DNA from: Gallionellaceae bacterium
Lineage (GTDB): Bacteria; Pseudomonadota; Gammaproteobacteria; Burkholderiales; Gallionellaceae
Direction: 5' to 3'
Assembly: GCA_035531075.1 (NCBI GenBank)
Contig: DATKTO010000026.1
Coordinates: forward strand, 49,897-113,896
DNA: 64,000 bases
In this document: in pieces, positions 10,110 through 19,406 of the stretch
Layout: each line of letters begins with the position of its first letter
How positions within the stretch are numbered: the stretch's first letter is position 1
The notes under the pieces: generated by a model
Database searches by the model: none
Told to the model about the DNA's origin: nothing
What the model saw: only the letters and a program-made list of their open reading frames with translations
Position numbers and translations under genes: made by a program

Positions 10110-10130
10110 TTGGCAGGATTTAGGTGCCAA
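10110..10130. promoter_or_regulatory. Inverted repeat TTGGCA-N9-TGCCAA in the intra-locus gap upstream of the Wza-like gene
   Basis: Read directly as ttggca ggatttagg tgccaa. The same half-site recurs at 10234-10246. Confidence 0.25.
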
Positions 10131-10233
10131 ACATTGAATGGAATACTACTTAATGACAAAAATGAGGAAATCAAGCCATCCCCCTCAAATAAAGATGAGG
10201 CTTATAGACGTACAAACCAGTGCAGCCCCTCGC

Positions 10234-10246
10234 TTGGCACTGCCAA
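10234..10246. promoter_or_regulatory. Inverted repeat TTGGCA-C-TGCCAA (second copy of the same half-site)
   Basis: Read directly as ttggca c tgccaa, 104 nt from the first copy in the same 338-bp gap. Confidence 0.25.
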
Positions 10247-10277
10247 AAATTACTGAACCAATTTAATTGAAGCCGAT

Positions 10278-11105
10278 TCACTTCGCTTGAATTGCGTTGT
10301 CAGGGTGTGCAACAGGTGCGGACGCATTTAGATATTCAATTTTCGCCAATGAACGCAAGTAAGCTATCTCTGTATTTGCCGCATCCTTGGATTTATTCTT
10401 AATAAGATACCGCTCAATCTGCAACGCAGCATTTTTTAATGACACGGGGCTGTCTTTGATATCGAAAATTGAATTTAACAAAGTATTCTCTCCTTCGCGG
10501 ATGAGGAATAGCTGACCTGCGTTCATTGCCTTTATCTTCGATACCATCTGCTCCGGCATGTCAGTGGTACTGCGTGATAATTGGCCGCGCGCATATTTTA
10601 CGTTATGCATGTCCATCCATCCTGCAACCTCGTCAATCGATTTGGCAGAGTCTATGAATAACTTGAGTTCATCGCTAAGATCACTTGTGGAAAAAATTAA
10701 TTGATACATATCGAATTGCTTACGCTCAGAAAAATACTCAGGGTGTTGCTGAAAATAGTCGTTAACTTCCATGATGGAAGGCTTGCTTATCCTCGTCACC
10801 ACACTTTCCAGATATGCTTGCGCAATAATCTCAGATTTTTCGCGCTCGATTGCCTGCATGACTTTGGGAGTTCGGTCTAACTTCTTTCGTATCGCTGCCT
10901 CTGTGACCAGTTGCCTGTCGATCAGCAACTCCAGAAAATGCGCAGTTGCAGCCGCTTGTTGGTCTGATTTGACAGCGGCACGTGTTAATTCATCATTGAT
11001 CTGACGAACAGTAATTTCCTTGCCATTCACTCTAGCTAAAACCTGGCCTCTTTTCTTATCCTTGTTTCCACAAGAAAGAAGGCAGACAGTTGCCACCATA
11101 ACCAT
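10278..11105 (-). CDS. Peptidyl-prolyl cis-trans isomerase, EpsD family (SurA-N/PpiC-like lipoprotein)
   Basis: The ORF track extends to 11246. I place the start at ATG 11103-11105, which gives MVMVATVCLLSCG, a lipoprotein signal with lipobox LLSC. The remainder resembles SurA-like chaperone/PPIase proteins found next to the priming transferase in PEP-CTERM loci. Confidence 0.7.
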   Translation of the reverse strand: MVMVATVCLLSCGNKDKKRGQVLARVNGKEITVRQINDELTRAAVKSDQQAAATAHFLELLIDRQLVTEAAIRKKLDRTPKVMQAIEREKSEIIAQAYLESVVTRISKPSIMEVNDYFQQHPEYFSERKQFDMYQLIFSTSDLSDELKLFIDSAKSIDEVAGWMDMHNVKYARGQLSRSTTDMPEQMVSKIKAMNAGQLFLIREGENTLLNSIFDIKDSPVSLKNAALQIERYLIKNKSKDAANTEIAYLRSLAKIEYLNASAPVAHPDNAIQAK

Positions 11106-11235
11106 AAGGGCGCAAAGAGCGCGATTGAAGGTCACAGATCCATTGAATTTTATGGACGGTAGGATGCCAAAGTTAAACAAGATTGTTCTCCCAGTAATTT
11201 TGCAGATGACGATCCGATCAAATAAGTACAAATTA

Positions 11236-12615
11236 TCAGTAAGCATTATCTTGACGCAGGACTACCCATACCGTGCGTATAATGATCCACAGATCCAGCC
11301 ATATTGACCAGTTTTGCAGGTAGTTAAGATCGTGCTCGATACGCGCCTGCATCTTCTCCAGGACTTCGGTCTCACCACGCAATCCATTTACCTGAGCCCA
11401 TCCTGTAATCCCGGGCTTTACCTTATGGCGCAACATGTAGCCTTTGATAATTTTCCGATAAAGCTCATTGTGTGCGACTGCATGGGGACGCGGGCCGACG
11501 ATACTCATCCGTCCCTGCAGTACATTGATGAACTGAGGCAACTCATCAAGCGAAGTGCGGCGCAAAAAGCTGCCAATCTTTGTGAGTCGAGCATCATTTT
11601 TCTGAGCTTGCACAATCTGCTTAGCATCTTCGACTACCGTCATGGAGCGAAACTTGTAGACAATGATCTCCTCGCCGTTTAGACCGTAGCGGCGCTGCTT
11701 GAAGATTGCAGGGCCGGGTGACGTAAGCTTGACCGCCAAAGCGATGCCCAGCATCAGTGGCGACAAGAGCAGAAGGATAAGTAAGGCGAGTGCGAAATCG
11801 CTTAAATTCTTGATCACGTTATCCACGCCGAGAAATGGTGATTCACATATTGCGACTACCGGTATACCTGCAATGTTGTCGAAACGAGCTTGCATTAGCT
11901 CGAAAATGTAAACATCCGGCAAAAAATAGATAGAGGCAGTGGTGTCATGCAAGTCATCCAAAAGAGCGCGAATACGCGGTTGAGCAGACATCGGTAGACT
12001 GATGAAGATCATTTTTACGCTATTTGAACGGACGTAATCCGCAACATCCGATATTCCCCCTAACAACGAGGGTGTAGCTGCTGAATTCCGGGATTCATCC
12101 CTATCGTCAAAATAGCCACGAACATCCATGAGAAGATAGGGATATTCCACGATGCGCGCGGCAATTTTCAGTCCGGTATCATTGGCTCCGACGATCACGA
12201 CAGAACGCATCTCTCCCACCCTGCGTAGCGTAGCAGCTATTTTGCGTACGATAAGATGGCTGACTAAGAGGGCGATCGGCGTGAGGAGGAACCAGGTTAA
12301 GATAACCTGCTCAGAATATCGGTAGGTGAGTTTGGTCGCATATCCTAAAAAGACCAAAATGGTGATTATGATTGCCCAGCCAATAAGCGTATCGCTGATA
12401 TAAGTCAACAGCCTACCATTACGCCATGTGCGATATAGATTCGTTTGCTCGTAAATGTATGATGATATGAAAAACGTGATGATAATCAGAAGCAGATAAT
12501 CACCAGTGAAAGACTCATCGTATAACCATGTAAGCAGAATCAACAACCCCCAGATCATAAATGGATCAAGTAATCGCTTAAAAAATGCGATTACAGGAAT
12601 GTCATTAACGTTCAT
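11236..12615 (-). CDS. Undecaprenyl-phosphate hexose-1-phosphate transferase (EPS priming sugar transferase, WcaJ/EpsB type)
   Basis: 459 aa. It has N-terminal TM helices, a central Rossmann-like segment and a C-terminal bacterial sugar transferase domain (PGPAIFKQRRYGLNGEEIIVYKFRSM, DELPQFINVLQGRMSIVGPRP). Confidence 0.9.
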   Translation of the reverse strand: MNVNDIPVIAFFKRLLDPFMIWGLLILLTWLYDESFTGDYLLLIIITFFISSYIYEQTNLYRTWRNGRLLTYISDTLIGWAIIITILVFLGYATKLTYRYSEQVILTWFLLTPIALLVSHLIVRKIAATLRRVGEMRSVVIVGANDTGLKIAARIVEYPYLLMDVRGYFDDRDESRNSAATPSLLGGISDVADYVRSNSVKMIFISLPMSAQPRIRALLDDLHDTTASIYFLPDVYIFELMQARFDNIAGIPVVAICESPFLGVDNVIKNLSDFALALLILLLLSPLMLGIALAVKLTSPGPAIFKQRRYGLNGEEIIVYKFRSMTVVEDAKQIVQAQKNDARLTKIGSFLRRTSLDELPQFINVLQGRMSIVGPRPHAVAHNELYRKIIKGYMLRHKVKPGITGWAQVNGLRGETEVLEKMQARIEHDLNYLQNWSIWLDLWIIIRTVWVVLRQDNAY

Positions 12616-13077
12616 TGGTTTTTAGACTCGTAACGTACGTTGGTCATCGTGCAATCCTCAAGAGTCAAGCAATAAGACCTGATTTACATTAAGTTTTCAA
12701 AGATGTTTATTTACTTTGGCCTTGAATGTGTCAAAAAATGTGGCCAATTCTCCAAACGTAACTTTCTGTCGTTTAAACCCGGTTTTGTGAGTAACTGCTA
12801 CTCCATAAACAAAACAATCACCAGAATGAAATTCAAAACCGGTTAATAAAATTGTTAATTCTAATATTTGAATTTAACTATCACATAAAATTTATGAGCT
12901 ATATATAGGTAATATCCTTATATTTATCACTCATAAAATAATTATTATTCATACTCATGCAAATATAATTTTTTACGCAGAATTAGATTCACAAGACGAC
13001 TAGACGCATGGGTTGTACAGCGCTGATATTATTTTAATTAGTATCAATATTGAACTAGCTGAAACTAGGATAGTTAT

Positions 13078-13096
13078 ACTATTTTTTAAAAATAGT
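13078..13096. promoter_or_regulatory. 19-bp palindrome ACTATTTTT-T-AAAAATAGT in the AT-rich divergent control region
   Basis: Read directly. It lies ~275 nt upstream of the PEP-CTERM gene and ~460 nt upstream of the priming transferase. The AT-rich context raises the odds of a chance match. Confidence 0.2.
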
Positions 13097-13371
13097 GTAA
13101 TCCTGACATACTATAAAAAAAGTATTTCCTGCTCATGCAAAGCGCTTTGTTCGGGCGTAGATTCATTTCCTAACGAAATCAATAGACAAACTTCGGATTG
13201 TATAAACCGAGGGAGGATTGTTGTGCCCTGCTTTTCGTACTCATCAATAGCTGTAGTTGAATACAGTTAGATAGAAAACTCACCTATAAACAGCGCAATG
13301 AAACTCCTTTGATTTAATCCTGTTCCACAAATATGTGGATGTCTGGATTGCTTTATTTACGGGAGATAATC

Positions 13372-13860
13372 ATGAGGCTTTCAGTTACAAAAACATTTTA
13401 TGCACTCTTAGCTGCAGGATTATTAGCTATCAGTAACGTAAGCCACGCGGCAGTTTACGATTTTGGAACCTTCCCGACAGAATCTGGTGGCTATACGTCA
13501 CCAAATTCCTTTCAGTCAGCCACTTTTTCGCAACCGGCAGCAACTGATGGCGGAGAAGGCGTTTTAAATTTCATGCTGAGCATTAAAAGCAATTTTTTCA
13601 GTGATTTTGGAGATAAAGTATTTATGGGCTCAATGAGTTTTGACATCACCCCAGATGCTTCTGTAGAAGACTCAATTCATTGGGGCAATGGAAGCAGATC
13701 GTCAAATATAGGCCTTACGGTGAAAGGGATTGACGTAGCCTATTCTGCATCATACGTGCCTGTTACGTCCCCTATTCCCGAGCCAGAAAGCTATGCCATG
13801 ATAATTGCAGGACTAGGCCTGATTGCATTTACGGCCCGTCGCAGAAAGATTAATGCCTAA
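13372..13860 (+). CDS. PEP-CTERM sorting-domain secreted protein (exosortase cargo)
   Basis: It has a signal peptide MRLSVTKTFYALLAAGLLAISNVSHA. The C-terminus VTSPIPEPESYAMIIAGLGLIAFTARRRKINA carries a PEP motif, a TM helix and an Arg cluster. I moved the start to ATG 13372, behind a GGGAG Shine-Dalgarno. Confidence 0.85.
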   Translation: MRLSVTKTFYALLAAGLLAISNVSHAAVYDFGTFPTESGGYTSPNSFQSATFSQPAATDGGEGVLNFMLSIKSNFFSDFGDKVFMGSMSFDITPDASVEDSIHWGNGSRSSNIGLTVKGIDVAYSASYVPVTSPIPEPESYAMIIAGLGLIAFTARRRKINA

Positions 13861-14117
13861 TGACGTGCTGTGTCGGCGGCATTTAGGATTTTTGGTTATT
13901 TTGAGCTTCAGCATGAAATGTTTCTGGCAGAATTGTCCTGTGATATTTTCAGGCCTGCGCTTAGCCATAAAGTTTTTCATTTACTCATTTACATATATAT
14001 CATGTTGTGATATGTTTTAAACAGGCTTGAAGTTCGCCTGTCTCTCTGCTGCACTATCTATTTCCTGGCTCTTTTCAGGCTGCAGCATCTCCTCAACATC
14101 TAGAATGGAGGCACATC

Positions 14118-14690
14118 ATGAAACCGTTTGATTATCCGAAAATGATATTTTCTTATCACACTGGCTGGGATGAGTTGCGCGGGATTCATCCCTCGATCGG
14201 AAAGGTATCTGTCGGCATGGTTTTACCGCTCTCGCTATTGCCAGCATTAATGATTGCGCTGGCCGGATACTTGCACGGCAACTATTACGAACCTGGCGTT
14301 AGCCTGCAGCGCTGGTACGACGTGGCGGGTCTATTTTTTCTGGCAGAGCTGGCGACTGTGCCTTTAATGGCCTGGGTCATTCATTTGATCGCAAAAGAGA
14401 AAGGTCATCCCATCCATTTTCATGACAGCTACCTGCTGGCCGCCGTAACACCTATCCCATTGTGGCTATCTGCGCTGTCGCTCCTGCTGCCGAATCTGCA
14501 GTTCAATGCGGCAATTGGATTGCTCGGACTGGTGGCCTCTGGAAGCCTGCTATACCATGGCGTGAGCACCATCTTGGGCATCAAGGAAGCGCTGGATGTC
14601 CAGGATGTGACGTACAAGGTTTTCGCCGTAGGGGCAATCGCCTGGGGTGTATTGGTCGCATTGGTGGTGCTGCCTACCATCGGAGTGTAA
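14118..14690 (+). CDS. Yip1-like polytopic membrane protein
   Basis: 190 aa with about 5 TM helices and a good SD (GGAGG). The family assignment is by general resemblance only. Confidence 0.5.
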   Translation: MKPFDYPKMIFSYHTGWDELRGIHPSIGKVSVGMVLPLSLLPALMIALAGYLHGNYYEPGVSLQRWYDVAGLFFLAELATVPLMAWVIHLIAKEKGHPIHFHDSYLLAAVTPIPLWLSALSLLLPNLQFNAAIGLLGLVASGSLLYHGVSTILGIKEALDVQDVTYKVFAVGAIAWGVLVALVVLPTIGV

Positions 14691-14788
14691 GCGGAGTCGC
14701 AGGCCCGATAAGCACGCAATCGAGCCTGGACGTATTGGCCTTTGTTTTTTCCAGAATAGCGTCAGCAGCATCCGTTCGAGCAGACCAA

Positions 14789-15796
14789 TTAAGCCTGGTA
14801 GTACTTTAGATACCACGCTACAAATTTTCCTATCCCCTCCGGCAGCGTAGTGGATGGTGTAAAACAGACTGCTCTTTTTAGATCGTCTATGTCGGCACAG
14901 GTTGCAACGACATCACCCGCCTGCATTGGCAACATGTTCTTTTCTGCTTTCTTACCCATGGCATGTTCCATGGCTGCAATAAACGTCATTAGCTCAATTG
15001 GCTTATGGTTGCCAATGTTGTATATACGATAAGGTGCAAAACTGGTCCCGGGATCCGGGCTTGCAGTGTCATATGCAGAATTTGGAGTAGCCACTTGATC
15101 CAGTATCCGCACGACACCTTCGACGATGTCATCAACATAGGTAAAATCGCGCTGCATTTTTCCTTCGTTGAATATATCAATGGAACATCCTCGCAAGATC
15201 GCACCCGCAAATAAAGAGGGAGACATGTCGGGTCTACCCCAGGGGCCGTACACGGTAAAAAAGCGCAGCCCTGTCGTGGGTAGACCATAGAGGTGACTGT
15301 AGGTGTGCGCCATCAACTCGCCGGCTTTCTTTGTTGCCGCATAGAAACTGACCGGATGGTCAACATTCTGATGCACAGAAAAAGGCATATTGGTGTTTGA
15401 ACCATAGACGCTTGAACTGCTTGCATAGACCAGATGCTCCACCTTGTTGTGACGGCAACCTTCCAGAATATTCGTAAAACCAACAATATTGCTATTTATA
15501 TAGGCATGGGGATTCTGCAAAGAATAGCGCACGCCCGGTTGTGCCGCCAGATTGACGACACTGTGGAATTTTTCGCGGGCGAATAATGCATGCATTGCAG
15601 GAGTATCTGAAATATCGAGCTTCAAGAAGCAGAATTTTGCGTAGTGATTAAGCTGTTCCAGCCTGTCATATTTCAGTTTTACGTCGTAATAATCATTAAT
15701 GTTGTCTACGCCGACTACTTCATCTCCGCGCTCCAACAGTTTTATCGCCACATGCATCCCGATAAATCCAGCCGCACCAGTCACTAATATTTTCAT
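14789..15796 (-). CDS. NAD-dependent epimerase, UDP-glucuronate 4-epimerase type
   Basis: 335 aa. MKILVTGAAGFIGMHVAIKLLERGDEVVGVDNINDYYDVKLKYDRL plus a YxxxK site (YAATKKAGE) is the typical CapI/LpsL-type SDR signature. It lies adjacent to ugd. Confidence 0.8.
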   Translation of the reverse strand: MKILVTGAAGFIGMHVAIKLLERGDEVVGVDNINDYYDVKLKYDRLEQLNHYAKFCFLKLDISDTPAMHALFAREKFHSVVNLAAQPGVRYSLQNPHAYINSNIVGFTNILEGCRHNKVEHLVYASSSSVYGSNTNMPFSVHQNVDHPVSFYAATKKAGELMAHTYSHLYGLPTTGLRFFTVYGPWGRPDMSPSLFAGAILRGCSIDIFNEGKMQRDFTYVDDIVEGVVRILDQVATPNSAYDTASPDPGTSFAPYRIYNIGNHKPIELMTFIAAMEHAMGKKAEKNMLPMQAGDVVATCADIDDLKRAVCFTPSTTLPEGIGKFVAWYLKYYQA

Positions 15797-15822
15797 ATGT
15801 TAAAAGGTCGAATATATAGCGG

Positions 15823-17127
15823 TTAGCGTCCAACGCAGTGGTATTCAAAACCGTGCGCGGACATAATCTCATGCTCGTAAACGTTACGCAGGTCGATGAA
15901 TATTTTCCCCCTCATCAGCGACTTGACTCGCTTCAGATCAAGCCCGCGGTACTGATTCCATTCAGTCATCAGTACTACCGCATCCGCACCATCGAAAGTC
16001 TCATAAACACCATCGCAGTACAGTATTTTCTCGGAAAGTAGCTGTTTTGCCTCCTTCATGCCTTCCGGATCATGGGCTCGTATGATTGCCCCTTTGTCCA
16101 TTAAAGGCGGAATAATCGCAAGCGAGGATGCATCGCGCATGTCATCAGTCTCAGGTTTAAAGGTCAAACCTAATACTGCAATCGTTTTTCCTGACTCTGT
16201 TCCCCCGAGAGCACTGCGAATTTTTTTTACCATACGCGCTTTTTGCGCCGCGTTTACCTCCACTGCTGATTCAACTATCCTGCAAGATGCACCATGCTCT
16301 TGAGCAATTCTGATCAGCGCCAGCGTGTCCTTAGGAAAACATGAGCCTCCATAACCTGGGCCGGCGTGTAAAAACTTCCTGCCGATGCGGTTATCCATTC
16401 CCATTCCTTTCGCTACGTCATGTACATCAGCACCAACTGCCTCGCAGAGTATGGACATTTCGTTAATAAAACTAATCTTGGTCGCGAGAAATGCGTTGGA
16501 GGCATATTTAATCAGCTCAGCGCTTTCCAGTGTGGTCACGAACACAAGCGTTTCGATCAGGCTGAGAGGCCGATATAACTCGCGCAACAGCGCCTCAGCG
16601 CGCTGATTATCTACGCCGATGATTACCCTGTCTGGTCTCATGAAATCTCCAATAGCGGAGCCTTCACGCAAAAACTCGGGATTAGACGCGACATCAAAAT
16701 CGGCATCTGGGTTTTCATCCTTGATTATTCTTTGTACTTGCCTCGCCGTTCCAACAGGAACAGTCGATTTGTCTACGATTACTGTATAGCCTTTCAGATG
16801 TTTGGCTATTTCCTTCGCTGCGGCATATACGTAGCTAACATCTGCATGCCCATCGCCACGTCTTGTTGGTGTGCCGACTGCAATAAAAATAAGATCTGCA
16901 TCAGCAACTGCCGAATTCATATCCGTCATGAAGTTCAGTCTACCGGTCTTGACATTCTTTTCAACCAGCGCATTTAGGCCGGGCTCATAGATTGGAATAT
17001 TACCCGCTATCAGATCATTTATTTTTTTCTCATCAACATCCATGCAGCTTACATTGGCTCCAAATTCAGAAAAACATGCACCGGAAACCAATCCTACATA
17101 TCCGGCTCCGATCATCAAAACATTCAT
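15823..17127 (-). CDS. ugd: UDP-glucose 6-dehydrogenase
   Basis: Start set at ATG 17125-17127 (MNVLMIGAGYVGLVSGACF). The catalytic region is GGSCFPKDT. Confidence 0.92.
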   Translation of the reverse strand: MNVLMIGAGYVGLVSGACFSEFGANVSCMDVDEKKINDLIAGNIPIYEPGLNALVEKNVKTGRLNFMTDMNSAVADADLIFIAVGTPTRRGDGHADVSYVYAAAKEIAKHLKGYTVIVDKSTVPVGTARQVQRIIKDENPDADFDVASNPEFLREGSAIGDFMRPDRVIIGVDNQRAEALLRELYRPLSLIETLVFVTTLESAELIKYASNAFLATKISFINEMSILCEAVGADVHDVAKGMGMDNRIGRKFLHAGPGYGGSCFPKDTLALIRIAQEHGASCRIVESAVEVNAAQKARMVKKIRSALGGTESGKTIAVLGLTFKPETDDMRDASSLAIIPPLMDKGAIIRAHDPEGMKEAKQLLSEKILYCDGVYETFDGADAVVLMTEWNQYRGLDLKRVKSLMRGKIFIDLRNVYEHEIMSAHGFEYHCVGR

Positions 17128-17373
17128 AAACGCTCTCCATATTTTTTCTTGTAATTCTCCAACCATATCAAAAAAAATATCTGCGTTATAAAAATATTTT
17201 GATAAAGATCAGGGTCAAAATTTACCCGTTTTAAATACTCCATAAAATTTCAATAAATGGATTATTGTCTTTGGCACTTGAATTATTTGCCTTTAACATC
17301 AAGATTGAAAAGTGATAGCTGGTTTAATTTTTCAGCTTATATAGATCTTTGAAAACACTAATTCATAAATAAT

Positions 17374-18423
17374 ATGAAAATATTGGTTACGGGTGGCGCA
17401 GGTTACATTGGATCGCACACTTGCATTGAGTTAATGAATGCAGGACATGACTTGATCGTTGTAGATAATTTTTCCAACAGCAAGCCGGCAGTTTTGGATC
17501 GAATTCGTGAAATATCAGGTAGGTCATTTACTTTTTTTATGGCCGATATTAGAAACAAAAAAGAAATGGAGAATATTTTTTCTCAGAGAAATATCGACGC
17601 GGTGATACATTTTGCAGGATTGAAGGCTATCGCCGAGTCCTTAGCAGAACCATTTATTTACTACGACACAAATGTCAGCGGTAGTTTAGTGTTATTCCAG
17701 GTCATGCAAAAATTTGGAGTAAAAACACTTGTATTCAGTTCTTCCGCTACGGTATATGGCGATCCTGCCAGTGTTCCAATCTTTGAGAGTTTCCCACTTA
17801 GTGCGAACAACCCATATGGAAGAAGCAAGTTGATGATCGAGGAAATTCTGCGTGACATCTCAGTAGCAGATCATTCATGGCGCATTGCATTATTACGTTA
17901 TTTCAACCCAGCAGGTGCCCATGAAAGTGGTTTAATCGGAGAGGATCCGAACGGCATCCCAAACAATCTGCTTCCGTACATTGCACAGGTTGCAGAGGGG
18001 CGGCTGGAAGCCTTATCGGTATATGGTGCTGATTACCCAACCATCGATGGCACCGGAGTAAGGGACTATATTCATGTAGTCGATCTTGCCATTGGCCATG
18101 TCAAAACATTCAACAAACTGCAAAATCAGACAGGTGTATTCACCTACAACCTCGGTACCGGGCGTGGAAATAGCGTGCTGGAGATGATTCGTGCCTTCGA
18201 GTACGCCAGTGGACGCCAAATTCCTTTCAAGATTGCGAAGCGTCGCAAGGGAGATATCGCAGTCTGTTATGCATCTACTGAATTGGCAGAACGTGAACTA
18301 GGCTGGAAGGCCGAGCGAAATATTGAACAAATGTGCGCTGACTCATGGAAATGGCAATCTACACATAGAGCGCAGACTCAAACCTCAAATGCATCGCTTT
18401 CTGTTGGGCGTGAAGGGGGCTGA
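17374..18423 (+). CDS. galE: UDP-glucose 4-epimerase
   Basis: 349 aa with MKILVTGGAGYIGSHTCIEL, SSSATVYG and YGRSKLMIEE (YxxxK). Confidence 0.93.
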   Translation: MKILVTGGAGYIGSHTCIELMNAGHDLIVVDNFSNSKPAVLDRIREISGRSFTFFMADIRNKKEMENIFSQRNIDAVIHFAGLKAIAESLAEPFIYYDTNVSGSLVLFQVMQKFGVKTLVFSSSATVYGDPASVPIFESFPLSANNPYGRSKLMIEEILRDISVADHSWRIALLRYFNPAGAHESGLIGEDPNGIPNNLLPYIAQVAEGRLEALSVYGADYPTIDGTGVRDYIHVVDLAIGHVKTFNKLQNQTGVFTYNLGTGRGNSVLEMIRAFEYASGRQIPFKIAKRRKGDIAVCYASTELAERELGWKAERNIEQMCADSWKWQSTHRAQTQTSNASLSVGREGG

Positions 18424-18460
18424 ATTTTGAGTAATCCTTATTCTTTTTTGTTGAAACTCT

Positions 18461-18739
18461 TCATTCATCGGCACCATACAACACGCGCACGATGGTTATC
18501 AAATCGTTGTCTTTTTTGTAGACTGCGATAAAAGGCATGCCCGTAATGACGACCTCCCTTGTTCCATCACAGCCGCCTTCTCGGCCACTGCCGGGTAGAG
18601 CCACCAGATTATTTAACTGTATTTTAAGTTCCGATACCACACGCATGGCTGACGCTACGCTATCCTGAAGTTGGATATTAGAAGCAATGGCAAAAATATC
18701 TCGTTCGGCTTCCGGGGTAATTTCAAGTTTGTTTGCCAT
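18461..18739 (-). CDS. parE: Type II toxin, RelE/ParE family
   Basis: Start set at ATG 18737-18739 (MANKLEITPEAERDIFAI...PFIAVYKKDNDLITIVRVLYGADE), the typical ParE layout. It overlaps the 3' end of the upstream gene by 17 nt. Confidence 0.8.
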   Translation of the reverse strand: MANKLEITPEAERDIFAIASNIQLQDSVASAMRVVSELKIQLNNLVALPGSGREGGCDGTREVVITGMPFIAVYKKDNDLITIVRVLYGADE

Positions 18740-19169
18740 CAATACGGGATTCCAATTCATTGAAGAAGTCATTTACTGGGCGCGTCATCCCCTCATCGGC
18801 AGACTTCAAGCCGATTTCAACTTGTTGGCGAAACCATTTATCTCGCTCCACAGCTTGATTAACCTTCTTCATGGCTTCTTTTCTATCCGGGCGTTTTCGA
18901 CCGGCGTCCTTCATTTGTTCCGGATCATAATTCGCCATGTCCACATTAAAGCGGCCTATGCCAATTGTCTTGCGCAGGTAATCGACAACTGTATCCATCG
19001 AGCGAAAAAAGCGAATCTTGCCGGTCCTTGCTGTAAGCACTTTTTCTGTCTCTCCGTACTTGACCGCAATATAAAATCCACTTGCCTCTCCCACTACCGA
19101 TGCGGATCGTATGGCATCGGCTTCTACCAAAGTTTTTAGTGTGGTTTGAGAAATTTTGTCATCAGCCAT
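18723..19169 (-). CDS. Putative antitoxin with a ParD-like C-terminal segment and an unassigned ~80-aa N-terminal domain
   Basis: 148 aa, in the upstream, overlapping position of a toxin partner. The C-terminal WFRQQVEIGLKSADEGMTRPVNDFFNELESRI resembles ParD-type tails. I did not recognise the N-terminal domain. Confidence 0.55.
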   Translation of the reverse strand: MADDKISQTTLKTLVEADAIRSASVVGEASGFYIAVKYGETEKVLTARTGKIRFFRSMDTVVDYLRKTIGIGRFNVDMANYDPEQMKDAGRKRPDRKEAMKKVNQAVERDKWFRQQVEIGLKSADEGMTRPVNDFFNELESRIDGKQT

Positions 19170-19406
19170 AAATAACCTCTATATACATACAACGGAGAGC
19201 AGTTTAAACATTGCTCGGTTAAATTAATAGTCATTAAATTAATATTTAAATTGTTGTTTAGCTTCAGCTATCGTCCGGTATTTATTTTTTATTTCCAGCG
19301 ACTTGGAATGTAGCATTTGTCAACAATGGTGGTGATGCTTAAGAGGATTAAGCAATATAATATTAATGACTTAGCGGACCTGCTGTTTCATTCAACTGCA
19401 CGTTAG

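Noticed and set aside
17272-17290. TGGCAC...TTGC-like sequence upstream of galE, considered as a sigma-54 promoter. I also considered the TGGCA(C/G) elements at 10234-10246 as the -24 box of an RpoN promoter for the exporter gene.
   Set aside because: The GG-to-GC spacing is wrong (4 nt too long at 17272, 1 nt too short at 10246 on the minus strand). RpoN promoters do not tolerate spacing changes.
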